From Eledone cirrhosa (lineage: Eukaryota): DNA of 64,000 nt. The translations under genes were made by a program, and so were the position numbers. Location of the stretch: NCBI GenBank assembly GCA_964016885.1, contig OZ024743.1, forward strand, positions 9,672,001 through 9,736,000, written 5' to 3'. Below, piece by piece: positions 51,990-64,000 of this stretch (position 1 is the first letter of the stretch; each line of letters begins with the position of its first letter). A model generated the notes under the pieces. It did not search any database. It was not told the DNA's origin and was given only the letters and a program-made list of their open reading frames with translations.

Positions 51990-52890
51990 TTATCTATTTT
52001 GTGTATGTGTGTATATGTGTGACGTGCGAACGAGTATTCTCCACCACCAACTAATTTACCCTCCAGCACTTGGCCCCGGCCGACAGGATGGCGAGTACAT
52101 TGCCCCGTAGGTCGGTGAGGGAGACGCGCTAGAGCAGTCACCCCACTTCGGAGAGCTCGAATCTGAGAGCAGCCAACTCCGCTCCGATAGCAAGCTCTAC
52201 CACACACCTATCAGAGAGCGGCTGATACTTGGACAATTTTCCTCGCTTAGGCCCAGCGGGTAGCAGAGCCTGCGCTGGTAGCCTAACACACCAGGTTGAC
52301 ACTATAGAAGGTGTCACAGCATGTATCATCACAAATGTGGGGCCATCTCCACGGATCGGGAAGAATGTCATGCCGTCTGGCCTTTTGTCATTCCCTCGGT
52401 CAAGCGCCGCTGGCTCTAGCTTGGAAGGGAGCCTGTGCTTTTCATACCATGCTTTATGATCTCGTTGAGCTTCCAACACTGTAAGGACAAGACAGTGGGT
52501 AGAAACTGAAAGGATCCACAGTAGTTCCACAGCGGCATTTGTGAGGCTCACAGAAACACCGATGCGCAAGTAGTCACTGTACAGGAGAGTGCCTTTCGCA
52601 AATAATGAAACTACGTTGAACCAGGCATCACTGTGTGGTTGGAAGGCGGAAACATGCCAGATAGTGCTGGTCGAGCGGGTGCAGAAGCCTGTCTGAAATC
52701 ATGTTGCAAAGGAAGGTGTCCCATTTGCTTTGCGTAGACGGGACATCTACGGAGAGGAGAGGGGGATGGACGTTCACAGGGCGGAAGCCAAGCTGGTTCC
52801 ATGTCATAGAGGCCGCTTCGTGGTCCCTTGATCACAGTAAGTTCAGCTTTGTTTTAGAGAACCCTGTTGATGTGGACAAATGCTAGAGAT
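51990..52890 (-). mobile_element. Degraded CRE-like non-LTR retrotransposon 3' part (REL endonuclease)
   Basis: LEPAALDRGNDKRPDGMT motif followed by K..KY; frameshifted. Confidence 0.65.
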
Positions 52891-53237
52891 TCATGAATAC
52901 AAATTGAATAGAATAGAAAGTCCTTGGCATACATCGAGTTACTCCCTTCTTGCTTAACCGAAGAACATACTACCAGTGAAATGGATTCAAACTTAGTGTG
53001 GTGATAGCCACGTATTAGGCGTTGGTTCTTTCAAGTTTCCTGTGCTTGTTCTTAATTCTGGAGTTTAATATATATATGTTTATTGTTACTTCTATTCTAA
53101 TCGTAGCTATTAATCTAAATCATAAACATGCATAATACATGTATCCATAAATGCTTACGCGCGTCTACACACACATACATGCACCCACCAGACACATACG
53201 CACACGTACACACACACACACATATAGATAAATATGT

Positions 53238-53312
<75 letters not shown>

Positions 53313-53421
53313 GCACATATACATACAAGCCTGCATTAACATGCACAGCCATATTTCCAGCGTTTATTTTGATATCTATAAATCTCTCTATATGTAAGCT
53401 CTTACAGCTACCAAATATAAT

Positions 53422-53566
53422 TACGTCTTTAACTTGAAATATAAATACTTATTTACATATTGGATACACACACACATATATATATATATAAATATATATA
53501 TCCAATATGTAAATAAGTATTTATATTTCAAGTTAAACAGATAATTTATATTTGAAGTTAAAGACG

Positions 53567-53568
<2 letters not shown>
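53422..53568. repeat. Inverted repeat around a (CA)/(TA) spacer
   Basis: Perfect 39-bp arms at 53428-53466 and 53499-53537, plus a partial third arm to 53568. Confidence 0.85.
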
Positions 53569-53649
<81 letters not shown>

Positions 53650-54444
53650 CGTGTATATATTAGATAGCTCGTCTTTTCCTTTGATACGGTAAAATATTTG
53701 TATACTGGGGATGGTTTAAATTTATTTTGAAACGATTAATTCAGATCAAAAGCGAGAATGTATATTTTGTAGGACACTTTCCACAATTTTAGAAATATAT
53801 ATCTAAATTAAGAATATTTCTTGTTTGTATCTGGATGTTGTTGGTTCTCTCTTCCACCACTAGAATGTTTTGCAGAGGAAATTATGAAAATAATATACAA
53901 ATAGAATTAATTCATATATCCTAAATTTAGCTATGTATATTTTCGAATTTAAATTCACAACTCAATATATCTCAAATTCTCGTTTTACTTATTGGATAAT
54001 TGTAAAACATGTTCCTCTATATCTTCTTCAAAATATCGATTTTCATATGCAGCTTACTGAATTTCGACGACACTTATCAATAACCTCACGTTACAAAATT
54101 TGATTTGGACAAAATGAGTGGAGTTTCTTCTAGATCTATCCGTATTTTAATAGTCTAATTATGAAGATCATTTCGAATTAGAATCTTGTCATATATAATA
54201 TCCTTTTTTATGTTATATATCATACCTGGTTTTCTTGCTATATACGTGATGCTTGAAGGTTAGAAACAAATTTCGTTTAGTTGGAATCCTATCCATTTAA
54301 TCATGAGTCAGTTTGCAAAAGTGACTCTATTTAAATCGGAACCTAGGATTAACACACCAATCAAATTCACTATTATATTTGTCGGTAGACTGAAACTAGA
54401 AGAAATGTAGTAGGTGAGAACATTAAACGTATATGGGTAAAAAT

Positions 54445-54730
54445 TAAAGACCCCTTCAGTCACAAGTGACCATGGGACTTCCACACAGAAAGTTGCCTTC
54501 CGAGTCACAAGTCCGAGAAAAGTTGATTGTAGAAGACTAGCAGTCGCCCTTGCATACCAGTCTCCCCACCGATGTCGTCCAAGGAAAAGGGTGACGTCGC
54601 AACCCATTTCTACAGCAACGTGAAATAAAGTGTCTTGCTCAACAACACAACACACTGCTCGGTTCGGGAATCGAGCTCACAACCACACGGTTGTAAACCC
54701 GACGCTCTAACCACAAAGCACTGCGCCTTC
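54445..54730 (-). mobile_element. tRNA-derived CORE-type SINE
   Basis: Minus strand: ggcgcagtgctttgtggttagagcg (A box)...gagctcgattccc (B box)...gtgttgttgagcaagacacttta (CORE-like). Confidence 0.8.
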
Positions 54731-55614
54731 ATATTAAACGTACACACCATGATTTACTTATGTCTAATATTGGACATATGTACTATAAAACAAGTAAACC
54801 TTAGTATTTGTTTTATCAAGCGTTTCTTTCTTTAGATTCAACCTTGCTTCTTGTCGTCAGTTCCGAAATGTCAAAGTTTGTATGTACGTAATACAGTGGA
54901 AGCCGCTTATTTCGAACATTTTTGCACATAGCTTTTATATAAAAAAAAAACAATGTTAAATAATATCAAGCAACGAATATACCAGTATATAATCAAGGCA
55001 TATTTGAGATCCACTGATATCGATGGCAATATATACACACCGTCATGTGTAATAAACACAATCTGAAAATAGATATTAGTAAATGATGAACATAGAATAA
55101 ATAAGACATATGAAATAACAATATTAATTAAAAACAATAACTAATTAATAATACAGCAATTTCCCCAACGTTATAGCGATGAGTGTATATGAAATAATTG
55201 TAAATTGTATATAATTTAAATGTAGTTTTATAATCAGCAAATTTCAATGCTTTCTTGATTGTTCTTTCTGACTATGTAGTTATAATTGGTTGCCTAGCCT
55301 CGTCTTTATTTATTTTGTTAACAGATTTTGAGTTTTAATCATTATCATTATTTTTCTTACTATCATTAACATTATTATTACTTTGATATCTCAGACAGAT
55401 ATTTATGTAAAGAACTCTTGTCCATCAGAACACAGTCTTCCGTGCAGATTAGACACTTTCCCAATTTCATATGTCCTTAATTACAGTCTCAACATCACCT
55501 TTATTTATCAGTTCATATAATTAAATCAACAGAGTATATATTTATTTTATTACACAAGATTATCAAAAGTAAACAAGTAAAAACAAAGAACACTTATAAA
55601 GCAACTTATACACG

Positions 55615-56700
55615 TCAGAAATAACTGGATTTCCTGGATTTGCGGTTGTAGTCCAGGTCGCATTCCCGCACTAACCCCCAGATATAGTCCCCCATCACTT
55701 TTTCATTGTAGTGGCCCTGGTATCTCCGCTCTATCTCTTTCACATCTTGGTGGAATCGTTCGCCTTGTTCTTCTGAGTAGGCGCCCATATTGTCCTTGAA
55801 TTTTTCCAGGTGAGCGTCCAGCAAATGGAGTTTAAGCGACATCCTGCATCCCATGGCGCCAAAAGCCTTATCAGATCCTGCACCAGTTGCTGGTAGATTT
55901 CAGCTATGTAGTTGCCCAGGAAGCCCTTAACAACTGGCTTGAAACAGTTCCATGGTGTTCTCTCAATCCTATTGAGCTTATTGGAGAACTCGGTAGACTC
56001 AAACACCTTCTTTATCTGAGGTCCATCACAAATTCCACCTTTGAATTTGGCCTCAGATAACTTGGGGAAGAACCCAAGAAGGTACTTAAAAGCGGCTGAT
56101 TCTTGGTTGAGAGCCTTCACAAACTGCTTCATCAACCCCAACTTAATGTGCAGTGGCGGCATGAGCACAATCCTGGGATCAACCAGTAGCTCTCACATGA
56201 CGTTCCGGGTCCCAACTACAAATTCTGTTCGCTGCTCCCAGTTTTTCTTTTGTAGTGGTCTGAGGTGGCTCTGCTGTCCCAAAGGCAGAGGAAGCATTGG
56301 AATTTGATAAAGCCTCCTTGGTGTCCAAGCAGGAAAGCCACCATCTTGAAGTCTCCAATGATTTCCAAATTGTACTGGTTGTATTGCAGAGCTCCCAAGA
56401 GGACTTTCACACTGTAGTAATCTTCATTCAAGCAGACTGAATGAGCTAGGGGCAGTGTCGGGAACTTGTTTCCATTGTGGAGGAGGACAGACTTCAAACT
56501 TGTGGTGGAGCTGTCTATAAATAGCCGCCACTCCTTGGGCACAAACGGCACCCCAATAATGTCAAACAGTCCAGGCACGTCATGGCAGAAGCAGAGGCCA
56601 TCCCTATGAGTGTAAAAGCCTGAGAAAGGTTCGTGTCGACTTCGCTGGCTTGTCACCTGCACTTCCTCCTTGACCAAGTTCCACTGCTTCATCCTGGAGA
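55615..56700 (-). pseudogene. DNA transposase relic, Chapaev3-like (CMC group)
   Basis: WRLFIDSS..SLKSVLLHNGN, CFLCLWDSR, PPLHIKLGLMKQFVKAL, SEEQGERFHQD, RRYQG; two frameshifts. Family assignment is from motif recall. Confidence 0.8.
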
Positions 56701-57736
56701 CGAATGCTTAAAACATAACTTACCCTTTATTCAGGGTGCGAAAATCCAGTATCAATAAATGTCTTTAATCCACTTTTTAACAATTTTATACTTTATTGCA
56801 CTTTTATAATTTTCTTTAGGCATTACTCTTTATTTTATAATTTTAATTTAACTTGAAACATATATAAAAAAAATCATTTAACATAAGCAAATTAAACTTA
56901 CATACAACGTAAAATCCAGCGTACAAATAATTCTAGTGAATAGCTTAGAATTTTTACAAACCCAAACTTTTAACTGTTTAATAGCACTTTTTTTTTTTAT
57001 TTGGCAACACAAAAAAAGTGATTACAAGCCAGGAACAGAGAAACATTTTTTTTTTTGTTACACGGCTGATTTTCTTGAATCAGGTTGTTTTTTCCAAGTT
57101 TTAAGTCAGTTTCTGCGATACTGTTGCAATTAATGTTTTGTAAATAGTAGGCAGGAACGTTATGGGCCTGTAGATTTAGGGATTTGCTGCATCGTTATTC
57201 GTGGATATTAGAGTGATTGCCCCCTTAGAGAGCTTGCCAGATGTTTATTTTTGCTCCGTCAGCATCTTATTAACAGTTTTTTGCAAGTACACCATGTTCC
57301 CAACTTAAATATTTCAACCAAAAGTTTGGGTTCATTTCACGTCCCTGCAACTTATAGCTGCTTCCCTTTTCCGTGTGCTACATACATCATCTGTCATAAT
57401 AATTTCCTACTGTCGTTCAGTTGCTGTCTTCGTTGTCCTTCTTAGTTCTGAACATTGTCATTTCCCTTCTCCTTCTTCCCATAAACTTTCCCAGAACTCT
57501 CCCACTTACTTTGCTTTTATTAAAATACAGAGTTTTATTGTGAGCGGAGGAAAAAAAATATTTTTAAAAGGAGAATCAAGTCAGGAAATAGACTCGCAAA
57601 ATTAACTCAGCGGAAATCTTGACCTTTACTTGACATTTAACGTTAAAGGAGTTTCAAGAAAGATGGTGGTGAAAGAATTGTCAACTCAGCTAGTTTCTAG
57701 CTCACTCTGCCAGTGGCTAAACGATGGAGAACAATA

Positions 57737-57900
<164 letters not shown>

Positions 57901-60900
57901 TCCTTCAGTCAACGCGATCAGTCGCATATTTTGGCGTGGGATTCTATTTATTAAATTTAAGATGAATACTATCTCCGACAGTAATGCCACAACTACACCC
58001 AGGTTGAATAACTGGTTATTCTTCTAACTATCCCTTCTGAAGACACCTTTTATTCGAATTCGTAGAGATATCCGTCTAAATACATAATTCATTTTACAAG
58101 GATTTGCTACAAACAGCATGGCTGAACACAACATCAACAAGAAAATTAAGGAAGTATCGAAGACAAATAACAAAGAAGGTAATCAAACTTTATTCAGTTG
58201 TAGCTACAGAAGAAACCGAAATTATAAATCGCATTTCTCTTAGAGTTGCGAACTTAATAATGATTTATTTAATTGTTATAAAATGGCAAAAAACAATCCC
58301 TCCATTGGCTATATGAATAGAATGAAGCTATACTGGGACGAAATGCACCCAGAGCTAAGTTATTTCACAGCGAAACAATTACGCCAACAAGCGACGTTTG
58401 TTGAACGTAAAAATAAGATAAATATTATTAATTGTAAGTTCCCCACAACAAATATGGAATCAACAACACGTGCTACAGATCGCCATGCTACTAGACTTCC
58501 TAGCAGCCAGGTCGAACAGCGCCTTGAAATAACTATGCCTGTACCATCTAAGTCTACCTCGAATGCTGGGGAAAACACTATCGATAATAATAATAATCGA
58601 AGAAATAATAATAATAATCGAAGAAATGTGACACCACGTATACCATCCGAGTCTACCTAGATTGTTGTGGAAAATACTATCGATAATGATAATCAAAAGT
58701 ATAAACAATTGAAAATTTCCCTCAACGAAATCTTCCAGAGAGAAATTAACTCATGTATAAATATCTCTCTGGCTAAACGTGTTAAAATGACAATGGTGAA
58801 TAAAAAAACAAATAATGAAATACTACGTGTTATTGACGAAATAGGGGATGAATATTTACGACGGATAAAAACCCCAACATTTTGGCAAATCAACGCCTGT
58901 TTATATGCCTTAGCAATGACAGTGAAGCATTATCTTGGTGATAGCAGAGATATTAACAAGAACAAAACACCACCAAAAATACCATCATATATAACTAAAA
59001 TAGAAAAAAAGAGTGTTGACCTACGAAAAAACATAGGACATGTGATAATGCTCCTTACATGCAAACAAACACAAAAAAACCTCACTCCTCACCAACAAAG
59101 AGTGAAAAATAAAAAGAGACGATGTTTGGTAACAGTAGAACCAGAACTCTCCAATATAAGCTGATCACCCTCAAACAAGAATTCAGAGCTGTTAACGAAA
59201 AACGCCGATACCTGAAGAAGGTAGATGAGAGAAAAATGCTTAATAAAAGATTCAGACGAAACCAAACATCAGTCTATAGAGATATGAAGGGCAAAATAAT
59301 AAGTGTCACTGAGGCCCCATCCCAGAAAGCTACCGACCCATTGCATGCCAGAACCTGATGTATAAGATGTATACAGCCTGCCTCAACCTATTCCTCCAAG
59401 ATCACTGTGAAAATAATAACATCATCACAGATGAACAAGCAGCTGGAAAGAAAAGGGTTTGGGGATGTGCTGAACAACTCCTAATCAACAAAACTGCGAT
59501 GTCGGAGGTGCGACAACTTTGGAGGAATATGGCTACAGTCTGGCTGGACTACAAGAAAGCTTTCGATTCTGTTCCCCACTCTTGGATGATAGAGGCCCTC
59601 CAACTTGCTAAAGTCCCAGACATTATTGTCAGAGCCATAGAGAGGCTGTCTTCTTCTTGGGCTACTATCCTAAGGTTAAAGACAGAGAGGGAGGACTCTA
59701 TGTTCACTGATAAAATAAAATATTGCAGGGGTATATTTCAGGGGTACAGTCTCTCTGTGATATTGTTCATCTTGTCATTAAACCCCTTGTCCTTTCTGCT
59801 CAAGAAATGTGAGGGATACATCATCGGCTCACAGGAGGACAGAAATACGAACCTAACCCATAACTTCTTTGTGGACGATCTGAAACTCTATGTCAAGAAC
59901 ATGGATGGGATGAAGAAAAATCTGGACCTGGTTACAACGTTCACAAAGGATATAGGAATGGAGTTTGGCCAAGATAAATGCTCATATATGACTGTAAAGC
60001 GGAGAAAAACAACAACCCAATCTAGCAACATTGTCATCATTGGTCTAACTGTTTCACCGATATCTGATGAGGACTGCTACAGATACCTGGGGATAGATGA
60101 GAACATATCCTATAATGGTATCTGTAATAAAGAACGCGTAACCAGGGAATACTACACCCGATTAAGAAAGATCTGGTCATTGGAACTCTCTGCGCAAAAC
60201 AAAACAGTGGCTCACAATGTGTTTGCTGTGCCTGTCCTAACACCAACGTTTGGAATACTCAATTGGACGATAGACGAAATCCGAGCAGTTGATGTTGGAA
60301 CTCGAAAAATACTGAACAACACCGGAAACTTCCACATCAACAGTGACATAGACCGCCTTTACTTGAAACGTAAGCAGGGAGGCAGAGGCCTAACATCAGT
60401 CCAGACAACATTTGAATGTCGCATCATATCTCTCCGACAACATCTACGAACCTCGAAGCGTAGGAGCCCGCTTCTCGAGCAAGTCTATCTGCATGAAACA
60501 GATAATATCATGAGAGTTGGGAAGGAACTCCTTGAGAGATATTCCCTGTGTGATAATGAAAAAACGCACACCCAGGGATGTCGCTCAGCAGTATCGCAGT
60601 GAATCCATGGATGAAAAACTGCATACCTATCAGCAAAAAATCATGCATGGATATGTTGCCAGGAAGCTCCAGAGTGAGAGTAATATAGATAAGGAAAGTA
60701 GTCTATCTTGGACCAACAACCGCTACATTGGCTCCCACTTTGAAGGATACGCTTTTGCAATCCAGGAACAGGAGATTAGCACGAAATACCTGATTCACAA
60801 AAGAGATAGGGATGCAGGCAAACACCTAGATGTGATAACAAGTGCAGACTCTGCAGAACTAACATCGAGGATATCACCCATGTCATCAGCAGCTGCCCAA

Positions 60901-61632
60901 ACATGTCATCGCGGTACTATATACCTATGAGGCATGATGTAGTGACAAAACACTGTACAATGCAGTTCGTAAAAAAGATAGCCCCGATAATAAACACAGT
61001 AAAAGCTACAACAATGTGGAAGACATCCATATGAAAGAGTACTGGTGGAATGTTCCAGTAAAAACCCCAATAAAATGCAGGCATAACAGACCAGATATTA
61101 TGATATGGGACAGGGAGAAGAAAACATGCACAGTAGTGGAAATTAGCTGCCCAGCAGATGCCAATATAATATCAAAGATTAGTGAAAAGGAGAATATTTA
61201 TGCAGAACTGATGAGAATTCTGCAGATACTCCACCCTGATTACACCTTCAGATTTATGCCTGTGATTATTGGGGCACTGGGATATGTTAGTAACTGCCTC
61301 GATACAAATCTTGAGAAGCTAGACAGGAACAGAAAGAACACAACTAGTTAGGAAATTACAAGAACAATCCATTAATGGAACAGTAAAAATATGTAAAACA
61401 TTCCAAAGGTTTTGCATCTAATAACGGCATATACACATGTACAGATACAAAGCATATACAGATGCACACATACAACTCAAAACATCCACATCCACACATA
61501 CAATAACATCCATATCTACACATGCATGCATGCAGACATACATACATATCTACCTAGTTGATGTTGTGACTATGTTAGAAACCGACTCTCTCTCTATTGG
61601 GAAAACTTTGGGAAATTATAAAACCAGAAGAA
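57901..61632 (+). mobile_element. R4/Dong-like non-LTR retrotransposon, near full length, internally deleted, in (TACA)n
   Basis: YRPIAC, WLDYKKAFDSVPH, GIFQG, FFVDDLKLY, YRYLG, GGRGL, AIQEQ, RPDIMIW..VVEISCP, PVIIGALG; frameshifts; deletion near 59328; catacatac on both flanks. Confidence 0.88.
59358..60602 (+). pseudogene. Reverse transcriptase domain of the R4/Dong-like element
   Basis: RT motifs as above; neighbouring ORFs lie in other frames. Confidence 0.88.
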
Positions 61633-61641
61633 CATACATAT

Positions 61642-61702
<61 letters not shown>

Positions 61703-62541
61703 ACACAGCCTCTCCTCTTTACCTGTATTTATATATATATGTATGAATCACTAACTCCCTACGGACAACAGACGCTGCACACGGAAGAGCCAAACTCCCA
61801 CTGCCATCACCTCCATCTCTCTGTATTATGAGCAAATGGGGTCCCACGCGCTGGCCACTCCACGGTACTGGCGGATAGAATGAAGAAGGCGTTTCTTTAT
61901 TATTAGAATTTATTACGCTTTTCTTGATTCAACAAATAATTATTTTTCACCTAAATATATATTTTTTAGGATATAAATAAATATGCTCTTAATTATAGTT
62001 CGGAAAATATGTTTCACTTGTTAGCATGTTATTAACTTTTAGAAATGAAAAATTAATTATAAATCGTTTGTAATCACATCTTTTGGAGACAAAACGTTAT
62101 AACAAATATTTAATATTAAAATACTAAAATATTTACAATAGCAAATCTCTAGAAAAAATCATCTGTAGTATTTAATTTAAGCTTCAGTTGGTAATTGTAT
62201 CGAATGCAGCCTGATTATTGATTAAAAGTAATTAACAGAGAAGATAAACAGCATAGGTTTTGCAGCTTTTAATATTTGCTATCATGTTCAATTCATTAGT
62301 ACGTTAGTTTCCAAAAGTGAGATTAATCAGTGTTGATCTTCATATTTAATCACAATTCCAAATATTTGTGATGAAATTCCAAATATTTATTGGTTATAAA
62401 TTACTTCCAGAATTTTGGAATGAAATATCTATGCCAGGGATAATTATCACGATAGTTACATGTCGCGTGAAATGACATAGTTCGGTCACATTCCTAATTT
62501 CCCTAGGCAAACGAAATGCGGACACAACTTCCATTTCTGCA

Positions 62542-62716
62542 TATATAAGACCTTGCATCGACTCTGTGCATTCAATTTAAAGTCAACGAGATGCTATTCT
62601 GGATTTAGCTATTCTTAGCTATTCTGAGTGGAAGCCTTGCACTGGATAATTATCGAAAACCAGCCTTGAAATCCCGACACAAGTATTTTAATTGGAAACG
62701 TACATATTTTGACTGA
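62542..62716 (+). other. Possible promoter and first exon of a secreted-protein gene or pseudogene
   Basis: TATATAA at 62542; ATG at 62591 opens MLFWI*LFLAILSGSLALDNYRKP, signal-peptide-like but with TAG at codon 6. Confidence 0.25.
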
Positions 62717-64000
62717 ACAGTTTCTTAGAATTGTGGTTTCGAAATTCTTTATTGTGAATCTCGATTAATTATACATAATAACTTATTGGGCTTTTATAAG
62801 TTCGATCGTTAGCGTTTCTAATTTAGTATTTATAGCCTGTATAAATTTCTATAAACGACTTAATTATAATTGCAATTATTACTTGCCACGCGTAACCTCA
62901 TTGATGTGAAGAGGACCTTCTCACGCAAATGATATTTTGATTTATCAAATAGCATTCAATAATATTTCATGAGGTAAATGTCATGCTAACGTTGCCATAA
63001 ATCTATTCATATCAGATAAAGTAGTATTTGGACAATTGTTATTCTATTAAATATAATGCAGTAATTATTTCACGGAAATTCCTTTCTCCTATTCATAATG
63101 TTTTATGATAACCGATAAATCAAGTGAGGACATTGCGAAACCATCCACTTTCCATATTAACCTTGTTAAGTATCACTGTTTGGTTTTTGATTATTTCTCC
63201 ATAGTTATTTGTAAAAATGATTCTACGCTAGGAGACTATTTCAGAGTGATATAAACATACCATGAAGCCTGAAGTCATATCCCATTCATATGATAGCCTT
63301 ATCGTGAAGGAACTGCTTTTTGCTTGGGAAATGTGTTATAACCCAGCTAATTCCTTATGCAATTTTTCTTAATATAATCAATCCAGATATATCTCTTTAA
63401 TACTAGGGGTATTGTCTCTAAACCCATCGTAACTTTTATGGTTTAATTCAGCGAATATAATCCTATATACTACATCTAGAAATGTAGGTAGCTACTCCTT
63501 TACTACTGTCAAATTTTGTTCTGAACTGCTACAACCATATAAGTTCACAGGATTAGCACCATGTACACATATAACACAATGCAGCTGGCAAGCAGGCAAA
63601 CATCGAGACCCCATAAAAAATGTCCAGCTGATTAATTTTATTTACTGTGAAACTATAATTACAAACAGACTGACACACTCTGCTCACATTGTATCTCGTC
63701 TAACGATACTGCAATGATTAATTCTCCCTGTATTTTAAGTGGTCTTTTGAACACAGACAAAATATAAAAAGAGAATCATGGTTTATGTTTTACCAGAAAC
63801 ATTGGTATCTAAATTTGTAAAAGGTATGTGAAATCGCTTTTCCATAATAAACACCTTTCATAATTAGTGAGGCACAATAGGAAGAAAAATATATTTACAG
63901 AATTAAAAGTAGTTTTGCAATATATAATTGCAGACTATCCTAATATATTAAAGTAAAATACAGCACATCATAAATGTCATTAGTTTCAGACTTTTTTTAC

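Noticed and set aside
56720-57066. Possible Chapaev3 terminal sequence (ccaggaacag...tgttacac)
   Set aside because: No matching second terminal inverted repeat found, and orientation relative to the ORF is unclear.
58030-58072. CTGAAGA near the 5' end of the R4/Dong-like element as a hammerhead
   Set aside because: No GAAA and no convincing stem II.

Overview
AT-rich eukaryotic intergenic DNA, dense in microsatellites and transposons. The SINE families and repeat load suggest an octopus or other cephalopod (inference). No intact host gene was recognised, and most short ORFs are microsatellite artefacts. Main contents: (1) a 17.5-kb head-to-tail array of three Tx1/L1-clade LINEs from two families, each bounded by (TCTA)n; (2) many Penelope-like element (PLE) insertions in or beside (TA)n with a recurring fold-back architecture and type I hammerhead ribozymes; (3) two R4/Dong-like REL retrotransposons in (TAA)n and (TACA)n; (4) RTE, CRE-like and CR1/Jockey-like LINE relics, tRNA-derived SINEs and a Chapaev3-like transposase relic. 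Most notable signals: in both Tx1 families ORF2 is bracketed by a splice donor on the ORF1 stop codon and an acceptor on the ORF2 stop codon; a covarying 5'UTR hairpin pair is shared by both families; and an ACTC...GAGTGCT hairpin lies just downstream of the hammerheads, at the point where each PLE inverted copy ends. All alignments and foldings were done by eye, so boundaries are approximate.
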